DNA from: Thermoanaerobaculia bacterium
GTDB lineage: Bacteria > Acidobacteriota > Thermoanaerobaculia > UBA5066
Assembly (NCBI GenBank): GCA_963821225.1
Contig: CAWGCY010000006.1
Coordinates: 275,217 to 339,216 of the forward strand
Reading direction: 5' to 3'
Length of the DNA: 64,000 nucleotides
Below, one piece after another: positions 38,777 through 48,556 of the stretch. The notes beneath the pieces are model-generated. The model searched no databases, was not told the origin of the DNA, and saw nothing but the letters and a program-made list of their open reading frames with translations. Numbering within the stretch: position 1 is the first letter of the stretch; every line of letters starts with the position of its first letter. Both the position numbers and the translations under genes were made by a program.

Positions 38777-41410
38777 ATGCCTCGGCGGACGGGAGGCCTC
38801 AGGGGAGCGTTTTCCAGCGTGTCGAGGGAAGAGGAACAGCCACCGCTCGATCCGGATGTTCGCGAGGCGCTCTTCGAGCTCCAACGCTACCTTTCCGACA
38901 CGCTGGCGCCGCTCATGGTCGCCGACGCGGTCAATCTTCTGCTCGACTATCCGGCCGATCTCGCGGTGAACGAGATCCAGGCCTGGACGACCGCGCAGTT
39001 CAGGAGCGCGAAGCCGGTGCCGGTCTCGGACTACCTCTATCACGCACTGGAAAAGCTGCACGCCATGGGGCAATACCAGCTCGTGCCGAAGGATGCGCTC
39101 CAGCGATACCTCGACGACCTGAAGCCTCTCGTCCTCGAGCTATGCCCGGCTGCCGACCGCGAACTTCTCGCCCAGAACCTCAATCGGCTCGGCAGTACGG
39201 AGAGCATTCTCTCGGCCCCTGTGGAGTTCCTGAGGCGGCAAGGGGGCCTCGCGGGCGCCGACAGCCTCTCGGCGAGCGGCCCGAGAGGCGAGGGAGGCTT
39301 TCCCGAAGGCTCCTCGCACTTGCGCGAGCTCTCGCTTCTCATCGACCGCCTCGGCCCCATCCTCGCGGCGGGCGGCGCTGCCGCACCCGCGGCGCGGGGT
39401 GAGGCGGGTGGGGGCCATGGCGCGAGCGCGGCGGCGGTGGCGCGAGGCGCGGCGGCTGCAACCGGCGCCGCCCTCGTGGGAGGGGCAGCCGCGGCGGCTC
39501 TGCCCGGGGCAAGCGCGGAGCGACGCGACGTCCTTCTGTCGCAGATCCTCTCGGTGGCGGCGATGGCGGCCCGAACCGACCTCGAGCTCCGCGCCGCCCT
39601 CGACAAGCTTCGAAGCATCGGAGTCGACGTACCGACAGCCGAGGTCTTTCGGGCGCTCGGCCGTTCGGTTCCCCCCTGGTCCGTCTCGGCGCCCTCGGCA
39701 CCCCTCGAGCAGGCTCTCATGGCCGCGAAGGGGGCACCGACGGCGGCGATGCGCCGCGTCGTCACCCTGCCCGAGAATCCCGAAGAGGTCGGCCGCCGTT
39801 TCAGCGAGATGGTGACCGCCGCCGTCGAGCAGCTCAACCAGGGCTCCCTCTCGCGGGCGGCGCGGATGTTCGCCGTCGCCGACAAGCTGGTTGCCGAGAA
39901 TCGGGTCGATTCCGTCCTGGCCGAGAGCGCGCGCCGGCGGGCGCAGGAAAGCGTGGACCTCGAGCACGTCCGCTCGCTCGGCGAGGATTCCCGGAATCAC
40001 GAGCCCCTCGCCCGGATCCTGTCGTTTTTTCCGGCCCTGAGGGCGCCCGCGCTCATCGACGAGCTGCACGTCGAGGAGAAGCGCGAGCGCCGGCGTCTGC
40101 TCCTTTCGCTTCTCGAAATTCACGGCCCGGAAGCCCGCGCGACCGCGCTCGGCCTCCTGGCGGGGTCGCTGGCGGGCGAGCCCGCGCAAGACTGGCACTT
40201 CAAGCGCAATCTGCTCTATCTGCTGCGTCGCATTCCGCGCGCGGGGGAGGAGCCGACCAGCGCGGAGCTCGACGTCCTCATCTCCTTCGCGGAGCCTTCG
40301 CTGCCTCCGCCCCTCGTGAAGGAGGCGATCGCGGGGCTCGGTGTCGCCCGGCACGAGAGGTCCGAGGCGGCGCTCGTCTCGATCGTCCAGGGGCTCGAGT
40401 CGATGCTCGCCAAGAGAGGCGACGCCCCGTTCGACGAGGCGGAGCTGCAGCCGCTCCTCGATCGCGCAGTCTCGGCGCTCGCCCGGTTCGGAAGCGGCAC
40501 CGCGCGGCGGGTGGTCGTGGAGCACGGGCTGCGCCGAAAAGGGGGCCTCGGAGACGCGCGGGCGCGCCTGACGGAGCTCGCGGGGCAGGATCTCTCCGAC
40601 GACGCCGACCTCGTGGCCGTCCTCCTCAGGGGGCTGAAGGCCGAGCTGCCGTTCAAGGTGTTCGGCCTCACCCTCAAAAAGCGTGACGACAAGATCGGCC
40701 CGATCATCGACGCCCTTTCCTCGACGCCGCTGCCTCAGGTGAGGAGCGCGTTCGAGGACATCGTCGAGCGCCATCCGGGGACGGAGTTCGCGAAAACAGC
40801 GGCGCGCGCGCTCACGGCCTTCGACGCGCCCAAGGCCGACGAGAGCGCGGGGGCTGCGAGCCTTTCGGGCGATCTCGCGATCTTCGAGCTGCCCTCCCTT
40901 CTCCAGAGCCTCGCGGCCTCGGAGGTGACGGGAACGCTGACGCTTCGAAACGCATCCGGTTCCGTCATGGGCCGCCTGCTCGTCGAATCCGGCCGGATCC
41001 GAACGGCCGAAAGCGGAGCTTTGCGCGGAGACGAGGCGTGCTACCAGCTCTTCGAGCGGCCCGGTGGGGCGACGTTCGCGTTCGTCAGGCAGACCGGCCT
41101 CGCGCCCCGGGCCGAAGGAGAGCCGCCGCTCCGGGAGGTCGTCTCCATCCTCCTCGAAGGCATGCGCCGTTACGACGAGCTCCAGCGCTGTGCGGCGCTC
41201 GTGCCGGACAACGCGGTCTTCAAGCCGACCAGCTCGAAACCCTCGACCGAGCCTGAAGAGCCCGACCCCGGTTTCCAGCAGTCGGTCTACTCGAAGGCGG
41301 TTTCAGGGCTCAATGCGCAGGCCATCGAGGCCGCGGTCGTGACCGACTCGTTCCGCGTCCGGAGATTGCTCGCGCGGTGGGTCGAGGACGGAAGCCTGAA
41401 GGTGGCCTGA
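38777..41410 (+). CDS. Large alpha-helical (HEAT-like) protein with C-terminal DUF4388 (PatA-N-like) domain
   Basis: LSGDLAIFELPSLLQSLAASEVTGTLTL...ILLEGMRRYDE at the C-terminus; start uncertain (38777 or 38820). Confidence 0.72.
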   Translation: MPRRTGGLRGAFSSVSREEEQPPLDPDVREALFELQRYLSDTLAPLMVADAVNLLLDYPADLAVNEIQAWTTAQFRSAKPVPVSDYLYHALEKLHAMGQYQLVPKDALQRYLDDLKPLVLELCPAADRELLAQNLNRLGSTESILSAPVEFLRRQGGLAGADSLSASGPRGEGGFPEGSSHLRELSLLIDRLGPILAAGGAAAPAARGEAGGGHGASAAAVARGAAAATGAALVGGAAAAALPGASAERRDVLLSQILSVAAMAARTDLELRAALDKLRSIGVDVPTAEVFRALGRSVPPWSVSAPSAPLEQALMAAKGAPTAAMRRVVTLPENPEEVGRRFSEMVTAAVEQLNQGSLSRAARMFAVADKLVAENRVDSVLAESARRRAQESVDLEHVRSLGEDSRNHEPLARILSFFPALRAPALIDELHVEEKRERRRLLLSLLEIHGPEARATALGLLAGSLAGEPAQDWHFKRNLLYLLRRIPRAGEEPTSAELDVLISFAEPSLPPPLVKEAIAGLGVARHERSEAALVSIVQGLESMLAKRGDAPFDEAELQPLLDRAVSALARFGSGTARRVVVEHGLRRKGGLGDARARLTELAGQDLSDDADLVAVLLRGLKAELPFKVFGLTLKKRDDKIGPIIDALSSTPLPQVRSAFEDIVERHPGTEFAKTAARALTAFDAPKADESAGAASLSGDLAIFELPSLLQSLAASEVTGTLTLRNASGSVMGRLLVESGRIRTAESGALRGDEACYQLFERPGGATFAFVRQTGLAPRAEGEPPLREVVSILLEGMRRYDELQRCAALVPDNAVFKPTSSKPSTEPEEPDPGFQQSVYSKAVSGLNAQAIEAAVVTDSFRVRRLLARWVEDGSLKVA

Positions 41411-41459
41411 GCTCCGGGGCTCACGCGGGGCGCACGGCGCCCCGCGGAGCCACGCGGAG
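41411..41459. terminator. GC-rich hairpin between convergent genes
   Basis: CGCGGGGCGC-ACG-GCGCCCCGCG core with extended flanking pairing. Confidence 0.5.
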
Positions 41460-41465
41460 AGGGAT

Positions 41466-42605
41466 TCAGAAGTAGAAGACCTGGACCTGGACCGTGTACT
41501 GGTTCGTCGAGGCCACGTTCCTGTTGTCCGGGGCTTCGGTGCGCGTGAACCCGGCCTTGATGTTGAAGTTATAGCCGTAGGGGTACCAGCCTACGCCCCC
41601 CTGGTACTTATTCCTGTTGAGGCCCTTGTTCACGTCGTCCGAGTACTTCAGCTGCTCGTAGCGGATGAACGGCATGATCTTGGGTCCGCCCATGTAGAAC
41701 CCGGCTTCGGCGTACAGGTCGTCCTGCTTGAAGAGCGCCGCCGTGTTGAAGGTGACGCCGCCATCGTAGTGGATGTAGTCGGCTTGCACCGTGATGCCGT
41801 TGCCCGCTCCGACGGGATAGTCGAAGAAGGCGTCGCCGGCGTACGCGATGTAATCGCTCTGCGCGTCGATGCCCGCCCCGATCGCGAGAATCTTCTTCTT
41901 GCCGAGGTACGTGCCCGGGTAGAACGGGCCCACCTCGACGTCGAACACGTTGTACTGGAGACGCCCGGCGTACCGGAACGAGTTTTTCACCCCGGGAGCG
42001 CGGAAGCCGGAATAGACGCCCGCGCGGTACTCGAGGTGGTTGTCCGCGAGGTAGCCCTTCGCCTGGAATCCGGTATCGCGTCCGACGGAGGACTGCGTCG
42101 AAGCGCTTTCCTGGAACGACCAGGTTCCGTAATCCATCGTGAGCAGGTTCACGGCGCTCGAGTTGCAGTTGCGGCAGAGCGGAATGAGGATGAGGCCGCC
42201 GTCGATCCGGAACTCGTTCGCGATCGCCCACTCCACGAACGCGTCCTGGACGATGAAGCCCGTGCCCGGCGCCTTGCCGCCGGCACCGCCCGCAACGGTC
42301 TGCGTGGACTTTCCGAGGTTCGGGTTGTCGGTCATGAAGAAGAACGTGACGTTCTTCGCGACCTGCCCGCCGAGGAAGAACCTGGCCCGGCGCAGGAACA
42401 GGTTCTGCTGGAAGCCGGCCGTATCCCCCGTGGCAGTGGACTGGCCGGTCCAGTCGGCCCACGCCTGAAGCAGGATGCCGAGCTTGAAGTTAACGGTATC
42501 GTTGACCTTGATGACGGCCTGAGCATTCGCGACTGCTGGCAACAGCGCGATGAGCAGGGCAAGGGAAACGAGGGCGAATCGATTCGAACGAATCTTTGAA
42601 CGCAC
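41466..42605 (-). CDS. Outer-membrane porin (OprO/OprP-like beta-barrel)
   Basis: Signal peptide, FLRRARFFLGGQ, VQDAF, GRDTG, alternating beta strands, terminal VQVQVFYF. GTG 42605 with AAGGAGG SD. Confidence 0.78.
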   Translation of the reverse strand: MRSKIRSNRFALVSLALLIALLPAVANAQAVIKVNDTVNFKLGILLQAWADWTGQSTATGDTAGFQQNLFLRRARFFLGGQVAKNVTFFFMTDNPNLGKSTQTVAGGAGGKAPGTGFIVQDAFVEWAIANEFRIDGGLILIPLCRNCNSSAVNLLTMDYGTWSFQESASTQSSVGRDTGFQAKGYLADNHLEYRAGVYSGFRAPGVKNSFRYAGRLQYNVFDVEVGPFYPGTYLGKKKILAIGAGIDAQSDYIAYAGDAFFDYPVGAGNGITVQADYIHYDGGVTFNTAALFKQDDLYAEAGFYMGGPKIMPFIRYEQLKYSDDVNKGLNRNKYQGGVGWYPYGYNFNIKAGFTRTEAPDNRNVASTNQYTVQVQVFYF

Positions 42606-42667
42606 ACCTTCCTCCTTCAAGTCAGCACGCCGATGAGCGGCACGGCTGGAGCGCATCTATGGTGAAA

Positions 42668-42697
42668 ACGATAGACATCTAATGGTTTCCACGTCAA
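42668..42697 (-). promoter_or_regulatory. Putative promoter of the porin gene
   Basis: TTGACG-18 nt-TATCGT; overlaps the imperfect repeat CATCTATGGT/CATCTAATGGT. Confidence 0.45.
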
Positions 42698-42754
42698 CAG
42701 GAATCTTCCGCTCGAGGCTGATGCATCTGCATTAACACAGGGCCAGTATTTCGC

Positions 42755-42782
42755 TTGACATGGAACGCCAGAGTGAAAGACT
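42755..42782 (+). promoter_or_regulatory. Putative promoter of the MFS/CoA-transferase operon
   Basis: TTGACA-16 nt-AAGACT with TG extension. Confidence 0.35.
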
Positions 42783-43025
42783 CGCGCCCAGTCTTGTTTG
42801 CCATGAATTCAGGATTTGGAGTCCGCTTCGCGCGATGGCGCAGCGGCGGCCCGGCCACTTCCGAGGCGCGGCCGCACTCCCGGAAATCCCGGGAGTCTTC
42901 TCCCATCTCTGCGTTAACGCGGTACAAATGACTGGATCGAACTGAAAAAGGAGACTTAAGACCAGGTCGTCGTCGTTCCCCAGTTTTCTGGAACGCCATG
43001 AACCGAAAGGAAGGGAGGCTCTAAT

Positions 43026-44288
43026 ATGTCAAGTTCTGCTGGAACCGCGGGGGCCGCTGCCGTGGATGTCGGGTTGAATCGATGGTGGCGCGTGGTAGGC
43101 GGGCTTCTGATGAATCTGGCTCTGGGCTCGCTCTACGCCTGGAGCGTCTTCGTGGCGCCTCTGGAGAAGGAATTCGGCTGGAAGCGAGCGGACACGTCCG
43201 AGGTGTTCACGTGGGCCGTCGTCGTATTTGCCATCGCCTTCATCGTCGCCGGACGCCTCCAGGACAAGCTGGGTCCCTTCATGGTCTCGATGATCGGCTG
43301 CATCCTCCTGACGGCGGGCTTCATCCTGTGCATGTGGACGAGCAGCCTGACGTACCTGATCATCTGCTTCGGAATCCTCGTCGGTATCGGTAACGGATTC
43401 GGCTACGCGACGCCGATCCCGGTCATGTCGAAATGGTTCCCGGACAAGCGCGGCCTGGCCGTCGGCCTGGCCGTTGCCGGCTACGGCGGCGGCTCGGCGA
43501 TCTTCGGGCCGCTCGCGAACCTCTGGCTGATCCCGACGTACGGGTGGCGCGCCACGTTCGCCATCCTCGGCGTCATCTTCTTCGTGATGACCCTCGTCGG
43601 AGCGTTCCTGCTGAAGAACCCTCCCGCCGGGTACACGGTGTCGGGCTGGGTGCCGGCGTCGAAACCGAAGTCCCTGGCGACGACCTACGAGTTCACGCCC
43701 GGCGAGATGTGGAAAACCCCGCCGGCCTATTTCATGTGGATCGCCTACTGCCTGGGCTGCGCCGCCGGCCTCATGGTCATCAGCCAGCTGATCCCGTTCG
43801 CCAAGAGCGTGGGGATTCCCGGGTCGGCTCTCCCCGTCATCGGACTCGTCATCGGCGCGGCGGGCAATGCCTCTGGCCGAATCCTGTCGGGCTGGATGTC
43901 CGACGCGATGGGACGCCTCAACGTCCTGCGTTTGATGATCGGCATCTCGGCCGTCTCCATGCCCATCCTCTACCTCACCGGCAGCAACGTCGCGATGCTC
44001 TACATCATGGTGTTCATCGTCTACTGGTGCTACGGCACGCAGCTTTCGGTGAACGCCTCCACGACCGCCGACTTCTGGGGCACGAAGAACGTCGGCATCA
44101 ACTACGGAATACTGTTCACCGCCTGGGGCGTCGCGGGCTTCATCGGACCGAGGATCGGCGGCGTGCTCTTCGACAAGTACAAGAACTACCAGGCAGCTTT
44201 CTACACGGCCGCTGCGCTGGCGGTGGTCGCGCTCATCGCTGAGTTCCTGGCGCGGCGGCCGTCGCCGCCGACGGCGGCGCGCGCGTAG
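43026..44288 (+). CDS. MFS transporter, oxalate/formate antiporter (OFA) / bacterial monocarboxylate family
   Basis: GSLYAWSVF, GRLQDKLGP, KWFPDKRGLAVG, GRILSGWMSD, NYGILFTAW; 12 TM pattern. Confidence 0.88.
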   Translation: MSSSAGTAGAAAVDVGLNRWWRVVGGLLMNLALGSLYAWSVFVAPLEKEFGWKRADTSEVFTWAVVVFAIAFIVAGRLQDKLGPFMVSMIGCILLTAGFILCMWTSSLTYLIICFGILVGIGNGFGYATPIPVMSKWFPDKRGLAVGLAVAGYGGGSAIFGPLANLWLIPTYGWRATFAILGVIFFVMTLVGAFLLKNPPAGYTVSGWVPASKPKSLATTYEFTPGEMWKTPPAYFMWIAYCLGCAAGLMVISQLIPFAKSVGIPGSALPVIGLVIGAAGNASGRILSGWMSDAMGRLNVLRLMIGISAVSMPILYLTGSNVAMLYIMVFIVYWCYGTQLSVNASTTADFWGTKNVGINYGILFTAWGVAGFIGPRIGGVLFDKYKNYQAAFYTAAALAVVALIAEFLARRPSPPTAARA

Positions 44289-44340
44289 CGGACGCAGATC
44301 GTGACACGGAACCCTTTTCGATAACGGACAGGAGAAGAGA

Positions 44341-45756
44341 ATGGCAGACACGACGTTTCCCAAACACAAGGTCCTGCCTTGGCCGGCGGTCCCGATCCCG
44401 ACACCCGACGAGGTCTACGCTGGCCTCACGGACCAGGCCAAGGAATATCCCCTCTCGCTCGAGAAGCAACTCAGGCAGAGCGAGAACTTCAAGAAGCCCG
44501 AGAACCTGACGACGGTTCGGGTCCTCGATCTGACCAAAGGGATGATCATCGGCAACTGGGCCTCCTCGATGCTTTCCGAGCTGGGCTCCGACACCATCAA
44601 GTGCGAGCCGCCCGACGGCGACCCGCTGCGGTGGCAGACGCCGTTCGGGCGCAAGGAGTACATGATCAAGGACGCCGAGACCGGCGAGCCGATCGGCCTC
44701 CACTTCCTCCACGAGATGAGGAACAAGCAGTCCATCACTCTCAATCTCGAGAAGCCGGAGGGCCGCGAGCTTCTCAAGAAGCTCGCCGTCCACGTCGACG
44801 TCCTGATCGAAAACTACGCGCCGGGGCAATTCGACGCGTGGGGAATCGGCTATCGGCAGCTCAAGGAGATCAACCCGAGGCTCGTCTATTGCTGGGTCGG
44901 GCAGAAGGGCCAGTGGGGCCCGTCCAAGGACAAGCCCGGTAACCTCGACCCGACCGCTCAGGCTTCCTGCGGATTCATCCACGGCACGGGCCTCCCGAAG
45001 GAGTTCGGCGGACGGCCCACCCGCTCGGCCATGTGGATGGCCGACCAGGTCGGCGGGACCACGGCGGCCATCGGGATCCTCGCCGCGCTCCTCTACCGCG
45101 ACAAGGTCTCGGGCAAAGGCCAGTTCGTAGAAGCGACGGCCGCGGAAGCCGTCATTCGCATCCTGGACTACAACTGGGGCTGGTACGGGTTCGACGGGAG
45201 CATCCGCCCCCGCTACGGCAACTGGGACCTGGCCATCAACATCTACGCCGTCAACCCATGCAAGGACGGCTATTTCATGGTAGGCGGCGGACACGATCGC
45301 CTCTGGTACCGGATCTGGCGGACGGTGGGGCAGACGCGTCCCGACCTCGAGGACGAGATTCTCGACGACAAGAGCCTCCGGGTGGTCACGGCGCGGCTTC
45401 CACACCTGAAGCAGGTGAAGACGTACACGGTCCTCGCCGACTGGCAGAAGGATCATTCCCGGGCAGACGCCATGCACCAGCTGCTCGCACAGCAGGTTGC
45501 GTCCGGCGGCGTGAACTACATCGACGAGGTCGCCGAAGACCCGCATTTCAAGTACAGAGGCCACGTCGACGAGTTCGACGACCGGCTCTACGGGAAAGTC
45601 CTCTATGGCACGTCGCCTTTGCTCGAGGACAAGGCTCCCGCGCGCCTGAAATGGATCGGCCGGCCGCTGGGATACGACAACGGAGAGATCTACCTGAAGC
45701 TGCTGGGACTTGGGCCCGCTGAGGTTGCGGGGCTCAAGAAGCGCGGCGTGGTTTAG
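44341..45756 (+). CDS. Family III (CaiB/BaiF) CoA-transferase, subunit A
   Basis: VRVLDLT, ELGSDTIKCEPPDGDPLR, RNKQSITLNL, DVLIENYAPG, MADQVGG (catalytic Asp position), GKGQ. Confidence 0.9.
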   Translation: MADTTFPKHKVLPWPAVPIPTPDEVYAGLTDQAKEYPLSLEKQLRQSENFKKPENLTTVRVLDLTKGMIIGNWASSMLSELGSDTIKCEPPDGDPLRWQTPFGRKEYMIKDAETGEPIGLHFLHEMRNKQSITLNLEKPEGRELLKKLAVHVDVLIENYAPGQFDAWGIGYRQLKEINPRLVYCWVGQKGQWGPSKDKPGNLDPTAQASCGFIHGTGLPKEFGGRPTRSAMWMADQVGGTTAAIGILAALLYRDKVSGKGQFVEATAAEAVIRILDYNWGWYGFDGSIRPRYGNWDLAINIYAVNPCKDGYFMVGGGHDRLWYRIWRTVGQTRPDLEDEILDDKSLRVVTARLPHLKQVKTYTVLADWQKDHSRADAMHQLLAQQVASGGVNYIDEVAEDPHFKYRGHVDEFDDRLYGKVLYGTSPLLEDKAPARLKWIGRPLGYDNGEIYLKLLGLGPAEVAGLKKRGVV

Positions 45757-45768
45757 GAGGCAGAAGAG

Positions 45769-47112
45769 ATGGCCACACCCGATTTCGAAACTTACTGTCA
45801 GCAGCTCTTCGACCACAAGACGGCTGCCGGCAAGCCGGAGGTCCTGAAGGGTTATCGCGTTCTTTCGTGCACGCAGTACATCCTCGGTCCTTCCTGCGCG
45901 AGCTATCTGGCCGAGCTGGGAGCCGAGGTCATCAAGATCGAGACGCCGAGGCGCGGCGAGCCGATGCGTCACACGACGCCGTTCAACGAGCCTCTCCTCT
46001 ACCCGCTTTCCCGCTGGGTGCCTGAGGCGGGGACGGGCCTCGGCTTCTTCGGGGCCAACCCGAACGAGGAGTTCATCAGTCTCGACTTCCACCGGCCGGA
46101 GGCGAGGCAAGCCATGTTGGAGCTGGCGGCCAAGTCGGACGTCATGGTCCAGAACTTCCGGCCCGGGACGTTCGACCGGTGGGGGATGGGATATCAGCAC
46201 TTTTCCAAGGTGAACCCCCGCCTCGTCTACCAATGGCTGGGGGGGTTCGGCGGCTGGGGGCCGGGACGCGTGCGTGCCTCCTACGACATCCTGGGCCAGG
46301 CAATGGGCGGCGCCTTCGGGATCACGGGCGAAGCCGCAGACCGGGGCGGGACGCCCTCCAAGCACACGATCTGGCTCGCCGACTACTGGGGCGGCATGAT
46401 GGCCGCGGTCGGCATCCTGGCCGCTCTCTACTATCGCGACACGGTCTCCGGCCAGGGTTGCTTCATCGAGTACTCGCAGGTGCACGGCGTCACGCGGATG
46501 CTCGAGTACGCTCTTCCGCTCTATGGCCGGTTCGGGGTTCGCCGGGAGCGGTGGGGTAACTGGGACACGGAGCTCTGCCCGCACGGGATCGTCCAGTGCG
46601 GCAAGTCGTCCTATCCAGGCTCCAAGAACCCGCAGGAGGCCGAGGTGGGGTACATCCTCGTCTCTGCCCATACGGACGAGGACTTCAAGAAGCTGTGCGG
46701 CGTGATCGGGGCGAAGGACCTCGGGACGTCACTCGCGAAGCACGACGAGCGCGTCAAGGCCGAGAATCAGAGCACCGTCTACGATGCCATCGAGGCCTGG
46801 GCGAAGGACAAAACCAAGGAAGACGTTGCAACCCTCCTCGACAAGGCCGGCCTCAACAACCAGCCCGTTTGGAACGCGAAGGAGGTTTCCGAGCATCCCC
46901 ACTGGAAGCTGCGCGGCGCGGTCCAGTGGATCGACGACCCGATCTACGGCGACCTCCACCATCAGGGTCCGGCCTTCAAGATGTCCGACACGCCTCCGCG
47001 CCTGAAGTGGGCGCTGAAGCCCGTGGGCACCGACAACGAGAGGGTCTACGGCCGGCTTCTCGGGTGGACGAAATCGAAGCTCGCGAAGATGGAAGAGATG
47101 GAGGTGATCTGA
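45769..47112 (+). CDS. Family III (CaiB/BaiF) CoA-transferase, subunit B
   Basis: LGPSCASYLAELGAEVIKIE, DVMVQNFRPG, SYDILGQAMGG, LADYWGG. Confidence 0.9.
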   Translation: MATPDFETYCQQLFDHKTAAGKPEVLKGYRVLSCTQYILGPSCASYLAELGAEVIKIETPRRGEPMRHTTPFNEPLLYPLSRWVPEAGTGLGFFGANPNEEFISLDFHRPEARQAMLELAAKSDVMVQNFRPGTFDRWGMGYQHFSKVNPRLVYQWLGGFGGWGPGRVRASYDILGQAMGGAFGITGEAADRGGTPSKHTIWLADYWGGMMAAVGILAALYYRDTVSGQGCFIEYSQVHGVTRMLEYALPLYGRFGVRRERWGNWDTELCPHGIVQCGKSSYPGSKNPQEAEVGYILVSAHTDEDFKKLCGVIGAKDLGTSLAKHDERVKAENQSTVYDAIEAWAKDKTKEDVATLLDKAGLNNQPVWNAKEVSEHPHWKLRGAVQWIDDPIYGDLHHQGPAFKMSDTPPRLKWALKPVGTDNERVYGRLLGWTKSKLAKMEEMEVI

Positions 47113-47113
47113 G

Positions 47114-47530
47114 ATGGCCACCGAGTCTGGCGTCATCAAACAGGGCCTGGTGCTCACGTGCGCCAAGTGCTCCACGAAGAACTTCCTCGACCCGTATCCG
47201 TTCTGGAACTTCAGCGGCAATACGAAGTGCGCCGGTTGCGACGCCATTTATGCCGTGACGTTCGTCAAAGGCCAGCAGACGAGCGGGCCGACGGCCGCCA
47301 CGGGGAAAGCCGATCTGCTGCCGGGCTACGCCGAGGACAAGACCGGAGCCGCCATCACCGGGGAAGGGAAGATCCGCCCGGCGCCGCAGGCGCGGCCGGA
47401 TCCTTTCACCGGGCAGCAGAAGCAGATCACGAAGAGCCTCAGGGGCAATCCGGTCAGCGGCAGCCGTCTCAAGAAGGAAGATCTCGTGGGAAGCCGGCCC
47501 AGGTTCATCGTGGACCTGCACAAGGCCTGA
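47114..47530 (+). CDS. Hypothetical protein with Zn-ribbon-like CxxC...CxxC
   Basis: CAKC-x19-CAGC; starts 1 nt after the previous stop, with GGAGGTG SD. Confidence 0.75.
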   Translation: MATESGVIKQGLVLTCAKCSTKNFLDPYPFWNFSGNTKCAGCDAIYAVTFVKGQQTSGPTAATGKADLLPGYAEDKTGAAITGEGKIRPAPQARPDPFTGQQKQITKSLRGNPVSGSRLKKEDLVGSRPRFIVDLHKA

Positions 47531-47546
47531 AGAAGGAGAAACAGCC

Positions 47547-47741
47547 GTGGCAGAGACTGAAAAGAAAAAACAAGAGTCGACCTACAAGTGCTGCGAACAC
47601 TTCGAAGCGGCGCTGGATCCGAACATCCTGAGGGCGTACGTCGGCTACTGCAAAGCGCGCGCGTGGCCCTTCACCGTGATGGTTCCGATCGGCGGGCTGG
47701 AGGGCGAGTGTCCGAAGCCCCCGATCAAGAAGAAGGCCTGA
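47547..47741 (+). CDS. Small Cys-rich hypothetical protein
   Basis: AAGGAG SD; CCEHF...GYC...EC pattern (4 Cys). Confidence 0.65.
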   Translation: MAETEKKKQESTYKCCEHFEAALDPNILRAYVGYCKARAWPFTVMVPIGGLEGECPKPPIKKKA

Positions 47742-47758
47742 GACGGCCGGGAACAGGC

Positions 47759-48091
47759 ATGGCGAGCCTCCGAGAGGAGTTCGAGCAGCGGTACGGACGA
47801 CTCTGGTCCGGCGCGTCGTCGCTCGAAATCGGGGGCGTCACCTACGAGCTTGAAGAGGTGATGCACAAGATCGGCTTCGGCTTCGAGGGGCTCAAGCTCA
47901 TCGACGCCCCTCGGGTCGAAGCCGGCCGTTCCGCCATCCGTTTCTTCGACGGCGAGGTTCGGAGCATCGTGTGCCTCGAGCTGGGGGAGGACCTAACGAT
48001 TCTAGAAGAGCATCGGGTCCACATCGCCGAGTGGCTTGGGGACGCCTACTTCGAGACGGAATGGCAGGTTAACTGCCCCATGGATTTCTGA
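47759..48091 (+). CDS. Small acidic hypothetical protein
   Basis: MASLREEFEQRYG...WQVNCPMDF; in-operon spacing. Confidence 0.65.
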   Translation: MASLREEFEQRYGRLWSGASSLEIGGVTYELEEVMHKIGFGFEGLKLIDAPRVEAGRSAIRFFDGEVRSIVCLELGEDLTILEEHRVHIAEWLGDAYFETEWQVNCPMDF

Positions 48092-48102
48092 GAGGAGACA
48101 GC

Positions 48103-48507
48103 ATGAAAGTCAAGTTCTACTATTCCAGCAAGGACAAACCGGGCGAGCAATACCCGTGCAACATTGCGGACTGCCTGGAAAAGATCAAGGCGCTGAAGGG
48201 ATACGGAGTCGACGCCGAGGCGATCGACGTGGCCGGCGTGGCGGACGTTTTTCGCTTCTACCACTCGGCCCTGACGGGCCCGCCCGCGACCGTTCGGGCG
48301 GTCTTCGGCATGAAAGGCGCGCTCGAGGCGGACTTCGGCCGCGTGACGCCCGCCGTCCTCATCTTCGGCGACCCGAAGGATCGGTATCCCACCGACGCCT
48401 ATCCGCGGCAGGATCAGGCCCGCGGCGGCCTCGTCGGATGCGATAAGGCGCTGGGCGACCTCATCAAGACGCCGGAAACGGGGGACGTTCCGGGAGGTTG
48501 GCGATGA
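48103..48507 (+). CDS. Hypothetical protein
   Basis: GAGGAG SD; 134 aa, normal composition. Confidence 0.72.
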   Translation: MKVKFYYSSKDKPGEQYPCNIADCLEKIKALKGYGVDAEAIDVAGVADVFRFYHSALTGPPATVRAVFGMKGALEADFGRVTPAVLIFGDPKDRYPTDAYPRQDQARGGLVGCDKALGDLIKTPETGDVPGGWR

Positions 48508-48556
48508 ACGTTGTCGCGGAACGGCGGCCAGGGAGCACCCGCGAGGAGGCGCCCCG

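Noticed and set aside
44341-47112. Classical Frc/Oxc oxalate pathway
   Set aside because: No oxalyl-CoA decarboxylase is in the window, the transferases are a divergent pair unlike homodimeric Frc, and the MFS appears to lack the OxlT lysine.
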